Source: Spongospora subterranea f. sp. subterranea (taxonomy: Eukaryota). From it: a stretch of 64,000 nucleotides of DNA. The notes under the pieces are model-generated. The model saw only the letters and a program-made list of their open reading frames with translations. It had not been told where the DNA came from and made no database searches. The translations under genes were made by a program, and so were the position numbers. Positions 32,126 to 45,464 of the stretch are shown here, piece after piece (positions within the stretch are counted from its first letter, which is position 1; each line of letters opens with the position of its first letter). The stretch is taken from the NCBI GenBank assembly GCA_049724395.1, contig JAUGWO010000102.1, positions 310,001-374,000 of the forward strand, given 5' to 3'.

Positions 32126-35100
32126 ATGTCACAACCCATTGCTGATCGACATCGGGAAAAGTCGGCAAACAGGAATAAAGATGATGGGTACCAGCTACGC
32201 AAGGCGGCAGCTACAATTATATCCGAGGGTTCGTCTTCGCCAAACGCAGAAGCCTGGGATACCCTTATTCGCGGATTGAAAGCTTCCGAGCCAGCTATTC
32301 GACATTTCGCCATAATCAGCATTGATAAGAGTTTCTGCCCTGTTCCAGCCGAATCCGCTGTTGGACATCCGACAAGAAGAGAGATCACCCTACTTTTATC
32401 CGATATCGTGACCAATGATATCAGCGAGCAGAACCGTTCATTAGCCGCTGTTGTTATCGGTAGAATTGCTGGTTCCCTGGGGTTATCCATCCCCTCCATA
32501 GCCAAAGATGGCTTCTCAGTGTGCCTTCGTCATTTCCTGCTGCTACAGAGCGAGAGACACGTCGATGGCGCCACACGACGGTCGGGATATGAAACAGCTC
32601 GCTGCTATGCAATCTACGCTCTGACCAAGATGGTTGAGGTTCGGTCAGGGGGTTTGGGCCCTCGTTGATGACGTCCAACCCTGACTGATATGTGCTGTAG
32701 GATCGTATTGATATACCGACTGGAGAATGGGATCGCCTATCCCCAGAGATCATGGCGATATTAGAGACCCCTGAGCAGTCTCGAGATTACGACTGCCTTC
32801 GTGCGAACGCCATCATGTTCCTCTCGAGTTTGCCCTCAACCCTGCGTAATCGCCAACGAACTCAGCCGTTCTGGGTTCCGATTCGGCCGGTTGTCCATCG
32901 TCTGATCGCTGGCGCCGCCGGGCCCGACCATGTATTAACGGTGGCCGTTTCCCGATTCGTCTCGCAATGGTATGGGCGCGTCCCCGACGCTATCCTCGAC
33001 CGATTCCCGCTATACGATCAGCTATCGGGATATAGCGAGCTGCAATACAGCTTCCTGATGAATTCGGAGAAGGAGGGCGTCTCGATTGGGCGGACACAGC
33101 TGCGAGAGGATACGGGCGCCTGTGCCTATCTGGGCATTGTCGAACGCGACGACGTATTGTCCTTCATCAAGCGTTATAGCCGCCGAATGCAGATCGTCGA
33201 CGTTCTACCCGAGAAGTTCGACCTGACGTTCCAGGCCACCGGGATGATCAATTCGGAGCTGTTCTTCGACAATGGGAACATGAGGCGAACACTTCATCTG
33301 ACGAATCGATCGGCGAAACTGGCGCACCGATTCACGGTCCAGATCGTCCCGAGTCGGTTCTTTACAGTGAGTCCAGCGTTTGGCGAGATTCCACCACATT
33401 CGTCGATCCCGATTAACATCACGTTCGCCCGCGTGTTCCCGTTCGAGAAGGGCATCTCCCGCGGCTATCTCCGTCTACGCTCTTGGACCGGGTTCGCGTT
33501 CGAACGGATCGCGCTGCGCTTCTACAACGGCCCATTCCTGCAGATCGTCAACAGCACGGTGAATTTCGGTCCTTGTCCTATCGGGCGACGATTCACCCGG
33601 CGCCTGTTCATCAAGAACATCGGAATCAACCCGATTGTCTGCAGTATCGACCTCACACGATCTTCGCCCAACACCGGTCCCGAGGGCGAACCGGGTGAAA
33701 AACCACCCGATATCCCATCGACATCGCCCAACGAGTTCGACGTGTTTCCGAGATCGAACGCCATTGCCCCGTCGTCGATCGTCGGGTTCGACATCGTGTT
33801 CATCGCGAGGCGCGCCGATCGTGTCGAATCGCAGCTGCTGGTGAGCGGTGTCGGGCACGATGGCGTCCACGAGGTGCTGCTATCGGGATCGGGCGGATTC
33901 CCGATCAAGGTGCTGGAGTCGGTGATTGATATGGGCCCGTGTCTGCTCAACGACAACGCCGCCACCGCCATCAATATCTGCAACACGGCCCAATTCCCGA
34001 TCCTGGTCCAGTTCGACGCCACGATCGACGACCTGGTGATCCCGTCCGTGATCATCGCGCCCGGCCAGACCCGGACCGTCCCCGTGAACTGGTTTGCCAA
34101 CCGATCCGGCAGCATCGACGAGATCGTCTACATCCGCGCGCCGCCTTGCGATCCGCTCCAGATCGGGTTCGTGGCGTTCGTCGGGCCCGTGTTGACCACG
34201 CCGTTCCAGCACCTCGTTCGAATGCCGTTCGTGTCCGTTCACATGACACTTCAGACCGTTATCCCCGTCCACAATCACTCCCGATACGACGCCGAGTTCG
34301 TGATCGACGGACTCGACGGGTCCCCGTTCTACACGATCGCCGTCGACCCCGTCCGGCACGCCAGAGACCGCGAGTATTTCGCCAACGACTGCGCGGGTAA
34401 ACCGGCGACGAACAAGTTCAAGGAGGCGCTGTGTCAGAGCCGGGAGAAGCGCTATATTGTCAAGGCGCAATCGATGATATTCCTCCAGGTCGTGTTCTCG
34501 ACCCACAAACCCGGGTTTTTCGATCGCGAGTTCGTCGTGCGTATCTTGGCGCCGCGCGTATCACGATGGGCGCCATTCACCCTCCGCGCGGCCGCCACGC
34601 TCGACAACGAGAAGTTCCCGCTGAAGAAGCTCTTGCTGTTCTTCGGCGACGTCACCGTGTTCAAGTCGTCGGAGCTGACCCGGCTGCCGTCCAAGGACTA
34701 CGATGGCGCCATCGAGTCGCGCATGATCTACGGCGACACCTGGGAGGGAATCCCGTCGCGCAACGAGACGTTCGCGTTCCACTCGTCGGACGAATGGGGC
34801 TGGGTCGGGCGTCCGCTGCCCGACGTGGTCGTGGAGAACCTGTCGGCCCGTCCCCACAATTTCTCCATGTTGGTCACGTACCCGTTCCTGGGCGCCAACG
34901 CCCGTCATGGAATATGTGGCGCCTACGATCGCTTGGCCATTCCGAGCACGTTGACCGTCGACGATATCGATCATCTGTCGCCGCTCAACGGATTCATCAT
35001 CATTCGCGATAATTTCGCGAAAACCTCAATGTGCCAGCTGCACCTGCTGGCGACCCATCTCGTCGCCGTCGCCGATGCGCTAGCGCCATCCCGGCTGGTG

Positions 35101-38100
35101 TTCGCCACCGTCGACGTCGATATCGTATCGAGCCTGCCCTTCACGGTCGTCAACCGCAGTGGAATCCCGGTCTGGTTTCGACTGGCGATCCAGACCGACG
35201 GTCTGGCAAGCGGGGACGGGCCGCCAACGCTGGATCCAGCGTTGGACCACGAACCCCTGGTTCAGTCAATCCCCGACCCATCACCGTCCACCGAATCGGA
35301 TCGGCTGTTCTTCTACGATCATTCCTCAACGGCCAAGTGTTTAGGTCCATGGGAGCGCCGAACGATATTGCTGAAATTTCGCTCGGCTGTTCAGGGTCGA
35401 TTTATCGGTCGTCTGCAGGTGATTTACGATGATCCGTTGAATCCATCATCGCCATCGTCATCAACATCCCAATCTGGTCCATCGTCCACCCGATCCTCAT
35501 TCGTGTCGTATTTCGCCGATTTGATCGCCATCGCCGGCAAGCCCGACGTCTCCGCCAGCGTCGACGTCCTGGATTTCGGGAATTGCGGTGTCGGATCGTG
35601 CTCGGATCGTGACCTGGTCCTGTCGAACAGCTCGTCGGAAGACGTTCTGGTCGATCCCGTGATCAACGACCCATTCTCTCTATCGACCGGCGGCGGCGGT
35701 CGCCCCATTCGCATCGCGTCGCGATCGTCCACCACCATCGTCGTGTCGTTTCGTCCGACGATCACGGGGCGGTTCTGGGAGCGGATCCAGTTCGTCTGCG
35801 GCGACAGCGTCAGCGACGTGATCCTGTTCGGCGACGGCGGCGTCATGAGTCTGGTATCGCACCTTGGCCCAGGACGCCATCTCCCGCCCTCCCACGATCA
35901 TCATCACGTCGACGATAACGAGATCAATATGGGGGCGGTTCGCGTCTGTATCTCGTCCACACGTGTGTTCCGCCTGATCAACAACGGCACGATCGACATC
36001 GTCGTCAGCGACATCGTGGTGTCGGCCGACGACGGCCTATCGTACGTGATCTGCGACAACGATCTCGGGGAGAGCGGCGGTAACGACCTGCCCGTGTTCG
36101 GCCATGAACTGTTGGACGGGGCGATGGTCGATTGGGACGAGGTCGCCTATCAGGCCACCTATGCCGACGCCCTTCCCCAATCGCTTTCGACGGACGACGC
36201 CAGATTCCCCCGTGTTCTGCCACCTGGCGCCACCCTCCTCCTTCAGCTGTCGTTCTCGCGCTATCTGACCGGCGTGTTCCGGCCCACGCTCCAGGTCCAC
36301 ACGGCCAACCGATCGGCGATCGGGCGGTTCCTGTTCACACTGCGGTTCAACGTCCAGGACGTGATGGAGATCAACGAGAGCCGGCTGGATTTTGGGACGG
36401 TTCCGTGCTCGAAAACGGGGGAGGTGGCGATCTCGTTCCACAACGATTGCGCCCAGGCGGTGTCGTGGCGACTGGATTGCGTCGACACGATCGGGACGCA
36501 CGTCACCGACCGGACGCGTTTGCCCGTTCGCAAGGACGTGTTCACGGCCAGCCCGTCGTCGGGATCGCTGGCCGGCGGGGCCGATCAGCGAGTGACGATC
36601 CGGTTCACGAGCAATCTCCCCCATTGTCTCTGCACCGCCTTCGCCACTCTACAGACGTCCGATATCGGCCAGACCCGGGTCGAGCTGACGGCCGTCTGTG
36701 GGGCGCCGCGCATAGCGCCATCGGATCGGGAGATGGCGTTCGGCTGCATCAGTTTGGGGTCGAACAAGAGCAGGGTCCTGACCTTGTCCAATGACGGGGA
36801 ATTACCCGCCGCCTTCATCGTCAGGGTGTCGTCGAAACGGTTCCACGTGGTGCCGGTTCGCGGGCGTGATCGCCGGGCGATCGCGACAGGCGATCTGGGT
36901 CAAGTTCCAGCCGGCGGATTCGTCGGAGGTGCTAAGCGATCTGCGGGTGGAGTGGGGCGATCCCGATCGCATCGACCGGCGGTTCGACGTCGCCCTGAGC
37001 GGGTGCGGGGGCAATGCGCAGATCGCCGTCAAGGTGTCGTCGATTGATTTCGGCCTGGCGATGCGGGGGACGGCCACGACCCGCCCCTTGACCATCTATA
37101 ATTCGGGGACGGCCGAGGCCCTGGTCGAGATCGATCTCCCCGATCCATCGCTGTCGTGCGATTCGGGCCCCGTCTTCTTCGTCGAGCCGGCGTCGTCGCG
37201 CGATCTGCTGATCGTGTTCCGCCCGGCCACGGCCGTCGCGATCAACGCCACCGCCTTCGTCGTGTCCAAGGAATCGCCCGGCCAGGAGCGGATCCCGATC
37301 GCCGTTCGAGGTCGTGTGGGCGTCCCCTGCCTGGAGCCCGGCCCCGTCGACCTGATCAACGCCAACACTCTGAACATGGGGATCTGTATGGTCCGACGAC
37401 AGACGACCCGACAGTTCTTCGTCGACAACACAGGGAATATGGATGTGCCATTTCAGGTCGTCATCTACCGCTACCATTCGTCGTCGTCGACCAGCGCCGC
37501 CGCCGCCGCTCGTCACGACACCGACGATCACGCCGGTCCGGATCGCGTCCAGGTCAACGACGATGGCGCCGGCAATCCGGTCCAGACGGTCCGGTCGCAG
37601 TTCCCCCGATGGGAACCGCAGGACGCCCAATGGCCATCGCTCATCGATCATCTGGTCGTGGCCGAACCCGATCATTTCCAGTTCGAGCCCGTGTCCGGCG
37701 TGTTCGCCCGCGGTTCCCGCGTCCATTTCACGGCGCGGTTCGCCCCGCCCCGACCCGACCAGTTCCTGGACGTCCTGGTCCATATCGGGAACCCATCCAT
37801 CCCGCTGGCGTTCGTGGCGTCGGCGCTGTCGGACGAGCCGGCGATCGACATCGACATCCCCGAACGCGTTCTGGACTTCGGTCTGTGCCGGTGCCAGAAC
37901 ACGTTCAAACGGCGGTTCCGGGTGTTGAACAAGGGCAACATCCCCTATATCTATCACCTCGGGCCCGATATTCGCGAACCGCAATGGGCGATCTATCGCG
38001 ACGACTACGAGTCGGCACGATTGGCGTGGTCGGCCCATCTGCGATCGATCGGGTTCACGTTCGCCTATGGGGGGACCTGTCCACGACGATCGCACGACAA

Positions 38101-41100
38101 CGTCCTGGTCATGTTCAGCCCGACGTCGGCGGGGGAGGTCGTCGCCCGTGTTCGCGTCGTCTGCAGCGGCGGTTACGAGCAGATCGACCTGCGCGGGGTC
38201 GGGGGGATATCCCATCTCGACCTGGGTCGTCTTTCCGACTCCGACCAGCACCGCAACGGCGACGTGGTCGATTTCGGCCTGCGCCCGATCGGCCAAGAGA
38301 ACCACGTGACGTTGGTGCTGAGGAACGGCGGGGCGTTGCGATCGGGGTATCTGGTGCGGCGAACGATGCCCGAACAGTTCCGGGTGTTCCCGTTGAGCGG
38401 GCAGATCGAGGGCGGTGCCGAGACGCCGCTGCGAATTTCGTTCAGGGCGACGGGCTATGGCCTGGTCCAGTTCGACCTGGAGATCAAGGGGATCGACAAC
38501 ACGGTGTCGACCTGGAGGATCGTCGGGCGCGGCGGTAAGGGGTCGTTGGCGATCCACTACCTGGACGGGGCCGACCAGAACCTCAAGGGGATCGACTTCG
38601 GCCTGGTCAACGTCGGCAACGTCGTCGAGAAGTCGCTGGTCGTGCACAACGACGGCCAGGTCGATCTGCGATTGTGGGCCGAGTGCGATGACGGCGCCGC
38701 GTTCGCCATTCGTCTCAGTCATCCGCCCCAGTCCTACAAGACCAACGGCGATGTCGACGCGCTCCCGCGCCTCAAAGGATTCCATCGCGTGTCGACCCGA
38801 TCGCTGGGCGCGCTGCTGGCGCAATCGCGGTCGATCGAGGCGCTGATCCCGCCCAAACACCTGATCGTGATCGGAGTGGGATTGGCGGCGATCGCCCCGA
38901 GGAAGTACCAGGGCCTGTTGACCCTGTCGTCCGAGTTCAACTCGATGGGCGTCGCCCTGCGCGGACAGGGCGGGACGATCGCCGTCAACCACGTTGGCGA
39001 TCTGGCATTCGGTTCGGTCGGCGTCGATCACCAATACGAACGGTCGTTGACGATCACGAACACGGGGACGATATCGACCGTGGCGCGTCTGTCGTGGCAG
39101 ATTCCTGGATGGGCGGTCAACAACAGCTCGTCGACCATCGTCCTGACCGGACCGAACACTTCCCGATACGCCAAACTGTGGCGCCAGACGATCACCATGA
39201 TTTTAAGGCTCATACGAACCAGTAAATTGATGAACGGCGCCAGAACACTACAGGAGATCGTCGATCGTCAGTCGTCGTCGCCGCGGAAGTCGCCCGTCGC
39301 CATTAAAAACATGTCGTCGATAATGGACCCGTTATTGGTTCAGCTGGGGAGTGTCCAGGTCAGTGCCGATCAACACCAATCCAATATACGGGATGTGGAG
39401 TCGTTCATATCGCCGACCCATCCGCTGTTCGACACGGCCGTCGGTCTGAAGAACATGGGACACGAGACCGGTTTACGATTATCGCTATTACAGGATCGGA
39501 TTGAGAAACGGATCGTGTCGGAGACGATCGCGTCGTCGTCGTCGTCGTCATCGCCGATAACGGCGCTGCTGGCGTCGATCGGCCCGAACCTATCGGCAAT
39601 ACGCGGCGGTGTCTCGCGACACCCTCATCATGATCGCGATCCGATCGGGAAAGGTGCTCTGACCGTGATCCCATCGTCGATCGTGCTGGATATCGACCAG
39701 CCCATCACGGTCACGGTCGTGGCGTCGTTCCCCAGCGCCGGCGCGTTCGTCGGGTCGCTGATCGTGACGAGCGACGTCCTGGGCTGCGACCCGCATCCGA
39801 TCCGAATAACGGCCCAGGCGATGAGCGCCCGGCTCGTGATCAACGACGGCGGGCCGATATCGTTCGGGCGAATCTCGCTGGGAACGGTCGAGATCGCCAC
39901 ACGAGTCCTGACCAATAACGGTCTGTTGCCGATCCGGTTCACAGTTCGCCACCGGAACTTCGGTCTGACGATCGCCCCGTTGACCGGGTTCCTGGACGCC
40001 GACGAGAACGTCACGATGACGTTCTCATTCCGCCCCAGCGACGAAGACTGGCAACGATCCCCGATCATGATCGACACCGACAGCACCGACACGATCGAGC
40101 TGGCGTTCAACGGCGCCGGCGGCGTTCCCAAGCTACATCTCGCGTCGTTCGACCGATTTGATTTCGGTCGGTGTATGGCGGTACGTTGAACGCCGTTCGC
40201 CCGTCAGGTTTTGGTCGGGGAATCTCTGAACGGTTGTCGCACACAGGGGCGAATATCGAAGAAGGCGATACGATTGCTGAACATCGGCAACGCTCAACTA
40301 CCGATACTGAGGTGCCTCCTCGACCAGACCGTCGTCTTCAACAAGGGCTCGGCTTGGCCCACGACCCGCTTCGCCATCGACCCCGACGCCTTCTTCGACC
40401 TGAACGTCGAGTTCACGCCGCAGAGCGAGGACGTGTTCCGGGGGCGCGTCGTGATCGAGACCGACACGCGCGTCGTCCCGATCGAGCTGATGGGAACGGG
40501 GCGGGAGGCGCTGCTCACGTACCAGGCCCACAATATCGACCTGACCAACACCATCGTCGGGAACGTCTATCGACGGGAGCTGGTGGTCAACAACGTCAGC
40601 GATCTCGACTACCCGATCCAGATCACGATCGCGTCGGCGTCGTCGCCGGACCTGGTCCAGGATTTCGCCCTGGACGCGACCGAGATGACCTTACAGCCGT
40701 TCGAGCAGCGAAGTATTCAGTTGACCTATCGCGCCGCTCGTCAGGTAATTCCCCCGCGAAATCGCCCCCCGGTTCGAATTCACGGAATCTGATCCCGCGC
40801 GAAAACCAGATCGAATCGAGCGTCAATCTGCACATGTCGTCGATCTATTCCGAACACGATGTCGTGGTCCCCGTTGTATCCGGTACCGCCATTATCGCCA
40901 TCGATCAGGAGCAGGTCGAGTTCGGCCAGTTCCAGAAAGGGCACAGCTGCTCGCGCAGCGTCGTGATCCGCAATTCGGGCACGATCGCGGTCGCCTTCCG
41001 GATCCATTCGGCGCGGGATCCGGCCGTGCTCGATTTCTCCCTGTCCCGGTGGAAGGGCCTGCTCGTACCCGATCGGGACGTCGAGATCATCTTCAAGACG

Positions 41101-42885
41101 ACGCTGTCATCGCTGGGGTCGTTCCAGGACGAGCTGTGTCTTGAGACCCAGGTCGACGGGCAACGACATTACATTCACGTTCGAGGGCGTTGCGACACCC
41201 CCATAATCGATCCGTCCAAGTTCCAGCGCGTCGATTTCGGTAAAAACGATTCCGAAGTTCGTGGAATCGCGTCAATAATCAACGACCGGCGATCGGTGTC
41301 TGTTGTTCAGGGGATTGCCTAGTCGGGGAGACGGCCACACAATCGTTCGTGATCGATAACTCGGGCGGATATCCGTTGACCTATCGGATGAAGGCGATAT
41401 TCCCCATCAAGGTGATCCCATCGTCGGGGTCAGTCCAGGCGCTATCGCGACAGCGGTTCGTGGTGCAATGGGTCCCATCTGGCGGTTATGGTCTGCGATC
41501 GACGGTTAAGGCCCACACCAATATGGGCGTGTACGACATCAATATCAAAGGTGGGTCGAGGGGATCTCGTTTCAATCGAAAAAACGATCGTTCGATCTGA
41601 GCGGAATGATGTTCAGGTCGTGGAGCGTATCCCCGATTCACCATCTCCAACGCGTTCCTGGATTTCGGCGTCGGCGCCATTAAACGCGTCTATGAACAGC
41701 GGTTCAAACTGATCAATCGGGGGAAGGTCGGGATTCGGTTCTCGATACCGTATGGGAATGGGGGCGGCGGTGGAACAGGACAGATTGAGGGGAATGGCGA
41801 TAGTCCAGGACAGGGCAAGACCGGCACCGATCGGCGACCCGATGAAGTATCGGCCGGATATATCGTATCGCCAATGCGAGGGGCGTTGGCGGCCGGCGAG
41901 ACCGTTGTCGTCAAGGTCCGGTTCGAGCCCCGCGAATACCGGAAATACGTCGGGAACATCGTGGTTGAGAGCAAAGGGCGGTATCGGGAGGTGGTTCTGG
42001 TCGGGGCGGGCGGCGTCCTGAGATTGGATCACCCCGATCGGGTCGATATGGGCAATTGCCCATCGGGCTATTGGCGAACTCGCCCGTTATCGATATCGAA
42101 TACGGGTGATGTCCCGTTGACACTTCACATCGCTGGGATCAACCTTCAACACGGATTCGCTCTGATTCCAACACCAGAAACAGTCACACTTTCCTCGATG
42201 GAACATCAGGTCGGAAAACGAACAACTTTGCTGTTTTTCATTTCGATTTCCAAATTGTTTTCGAACAACCCATTTCCACTTGTTCGTGTAGATGATCTTG
42301 ATCCGATTACGTGTTGACCCGGGGTTCTCTGGGAAATTCGAGTTCGGTCTGGCGTTGGCCGCTCATGAACGAACATGGAAGATTTGTGTCAGCGGGAACG
42401 CCGTTAATCTGATCGACTCGTTCACCCATCTGACCGAGATCCTGATGCGATCGGACGCGGCAATCGTATCGGGCCCGGTCGCTCTACAGCAATGGCCCAA
42501 TGCGCTGGAGCCCGATCTGGTCATCGTTCCGCCCCCGAACCCGTATCTCGGTGGCGATCGCTCGCCCGAGGCGGCAGCGGTGGCGTCGGTCGTGAGGATG
42601 TTGGTGAACGGGTCTGCTGAGATGATGAATTCGGGGACGACGATCGCGACCACATTCCAGGACCGATTGGTGGAACATATCGAGGGCGGATCCGTTCGGC
42701 CAGAGCGGGACTGTTCAGGTCACGATCGTGTTCTGGAACAGGTCCTGGTGTGGAGTTGCGCCATCACCCGACCCGAGATATCCACGATCGTCTCGGTCAG
42801 GGAGCCCGATCTGGTCAACATTATCCACGATCAGGTGATCGCCGCCCCGCCTGTATTCCTCCCCGAATTAACATATTCCCCATAA
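32126..42885 (+). CDS. Giant (~3,300+ aa) protein with helical N-terminus and a long array of ASH/Ig-like (Hydin/CFAP65-like) domains
   Basis: ORFs 32126-32668, 32752-37047, 36791-40189 and later exons. More than 15 recurring [VIL]DFG...L.N.G...F.V.P.SG units. Apparent frameshift near 36860. Not assignable to a named gene from sequence alone. Confidence 0.75.
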
Positions 42886-42977
42886 ACCTCCCCTAATCAT
42901 CATAGCGGGGACATCGCCACCGCTCACCCCGATCAACACAGAACTTATCTTGGAGACGGTCTGTGTGTCATTTATTA

Positions 42978-43545
42978 TCATTCCATCATGGCGTCGTTTC
43001 TCTTGATCTCCTGTTTGGTCCGAACGGAATCGTTCTGAACCAGTTCCGTCTTCTCCTGCACCAGCGATGATTTGATCAGGTTCAGCCCGTGTTTGATCGT
43101 CGCCAGCGTCTTGTTCTTCTGGATCAGTTTGGCCGGTTTCATCCGCGCCTTATAGAATCGCTCTTTGCGAATCGTCTTGATATCCTCGACCCGCTTCATC
43201 GCCCTCAGCGTCGTCGCCATCAGTTCGCGGTCGTATTTCACAGGAATATTCCGCTTCCGCTCGAAGTCGAACGTGGTATCGACGGCCAACTCCTTCCCGT
43301 GTGATTTACGGAACGACTTTGTCCAACGAACGTGTCGTGGGTTCCTCTTTAATTTGAAGTTCTTATGGCACTTCGACCTGCAGAACTGGAACGACTTGCA
43401 ATCGTTTCGAATAAATACGACACCATGACCAGGATATACTGTACTGGAACAGAAATAACACTTCTCTAAACGCTATGGGCGATGAAAACGATCAGATAAA
43501 ACCGAATTAGGATTCGGGGGGTGGAGATAACGCCACTCTTACCAT
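42978..43545 (-). CDS. RLP24: Ribosome biogenesis protein RLP24 (RSL24D1)
   Basis: [25 protein letters not shown]...[48 protein letters not shown], with an intron right after the ATG. Confidence 0.95.
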
Positions 43546-44089
43546 GATTTAAATAGGAACGGGACAACAACGGAGCGAGAACGAAGGCGATGGAGGTGGT
43601 GAGTTGGAACACAAGCGAGGCCCGTCCAGGGGACAATCAGGAGACCCCAGATCAGGTCCGTGACGGAGTCCGGAGATCCATCGCATCACTTGGCTCTACC
43701 GTGCCAATGCAACGTGCGATCGTTGGCCAGCCAGCGTTGGCACGGGTCTCCATCATTATCAACCAATGATTACATTAGGGGACGGTCCTCGACGGGCGCT
43801 GGCGTTGGGGTGAGATCGATATGAGATCGTGATCCCATAATCAGGTGTCGGATCCACATCATCGGTCGGTTCGCGACCTCAACGTCAGACGGGATTGCGG
43901 GTGCCATGGCGTGAGTGAGGCAACGATCACCAACAGGGAGAACAACGATCATTACAACCGGATGATTGGTCGGGCTCATCAGTTGAACTCGGAATAACAA
44001 CCTAAGGATGGGAAGCTGGTTCGGTCCCGCTGCCGACCAACCATTCTTCAGGCGGCGATATAACATCGGGAAGAAAGAGGATAAACCCA

Positions 44090-45230
44090 GTAGTTGATTA
44101 TATCGACCAATCAACTGCACTTCTACCGATCACGGTTTCGCTCAGAGAAATCTCAAACTTGCACTTGTGAGCAAGTTGAGAATTTCTGAGCGACACCACG
44201 ATTGTTAAAAGTGCAATCAAACTCGTCACCACAACCAGTTCGCGCTGGTTCGCTGTCCCATCATCGCTTTCCTCATCTTGATATTGGTCGGATAATGCGC
44301 TATCGTCAATCGGTCTGCTCCGAACCCATTGTCGTGATATTCGACATCCAATCATGGCCGTCTCCTTCACACGCCTTTCTCTCTGCATTATAAATCGAGA
44401 CGACCCGGTATCTGTTGATTTCAACTTTTCCCAGAATATCCAGTTCAAACTTGATTTTGGTCAACCCCCTCAGCCGCAGGTTCATCAAACCCCCAACGTC
44501 ATTTGTCCAGATCAGACAACGGGAAGATGAAGTCATTTCGCCCGTCTGAATCTTAACAACCGCGGCCATCGTAGGAAAGCGGACGTCGTGGCCCTGTCAA
44601 TGAACGGGAGAAGGAGCGCCGCCGTCGGCTGGCATCTGTATCAGTATTGTGGTGGGTCTTATTCCAAGAGACCACTGCCCACGAAAGGACACATACAATG
44701 CCCCCAGTTCTAACTATCCCGCTTTTACTTCTGCCTGCACCTTTCGATTTGATTCACTTGCAGAGACAGGTTCTCGCATTTGCAGCTCTCATCTTCTATT
44801 AGATAGCGGGGCCTGTGTCAATTCAATGAATACCGCTTTCGCTCTCAGGTATGATCTCGTCGCCAAATCCATCCATCCGCCTCTTACCGTATCTAGTTTC
44901 ACCAGACACGATGTCCTGGCCACACACGAATCTGAGTTCCTCCACCTTCAACTCGGTTCGTATCAACGTCGCACTTCTTTTTTCCTCGTTAATAACTTGT
45001 CTTTTCCCGTCATGTTCGGGATATTCGTGGTTAGTAGAACACAATCCTTCTCTCAATGGGAATTCCCGCATAAGGCACCTCCAGGTTGGAGACATCATGC
45101 ACCAATTAGACCAGCTAAACTTTCCCTTTACGACATGCCGCCACAATCGGGCACTATCATTGGCTCCACCGCCGCGACACAACTCCAGCGACTGGACAAT
45201 CGACAGCGCTTGGTCGCAACACATGGCGTC
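44090..45230 (+). mobile_element. Degenerate Ty3/gypsy LTR-retrotransposon remnant (gag zinc knuckle plus aspartic protease)
   Basis: Across frameshifts: RGPVNEREKERRRR...QYCGG..DHCP (knuckle, ~44585-44685) and LLLDSGACVNSM...FPVMFG (protease). Heavily disrupted. Confidence 0.7.
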
Positions 45231-45464
45231 TGATCAGGGGCGCATCCAGCGTTATCAACCCAAAAATGTCATCGATACGCGCAAGTTCATATGGTGTCCC
45301 AATGCGTTGGGTATCACCCGATAAACTTTCGAGGGGAACTGTCGATATTGATCAACAAAAACGGTTGGGTCCAGTCGCCGTACGACAGTCGGGCAGACGA
45401 TCTTCTATCTTTTTGCATGTCAATACATTATTGCACATGTCAATAAAGCCATAATGCATGCTGG

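Noticed and set aside
36932..39034. 700 aa antisense ORF and many other overlapping ORFs inside the ASH gene
   Set aside because: Expected shadow ORFs in GC-rich coding DNA with strong codon bias. No recognisable motifs.
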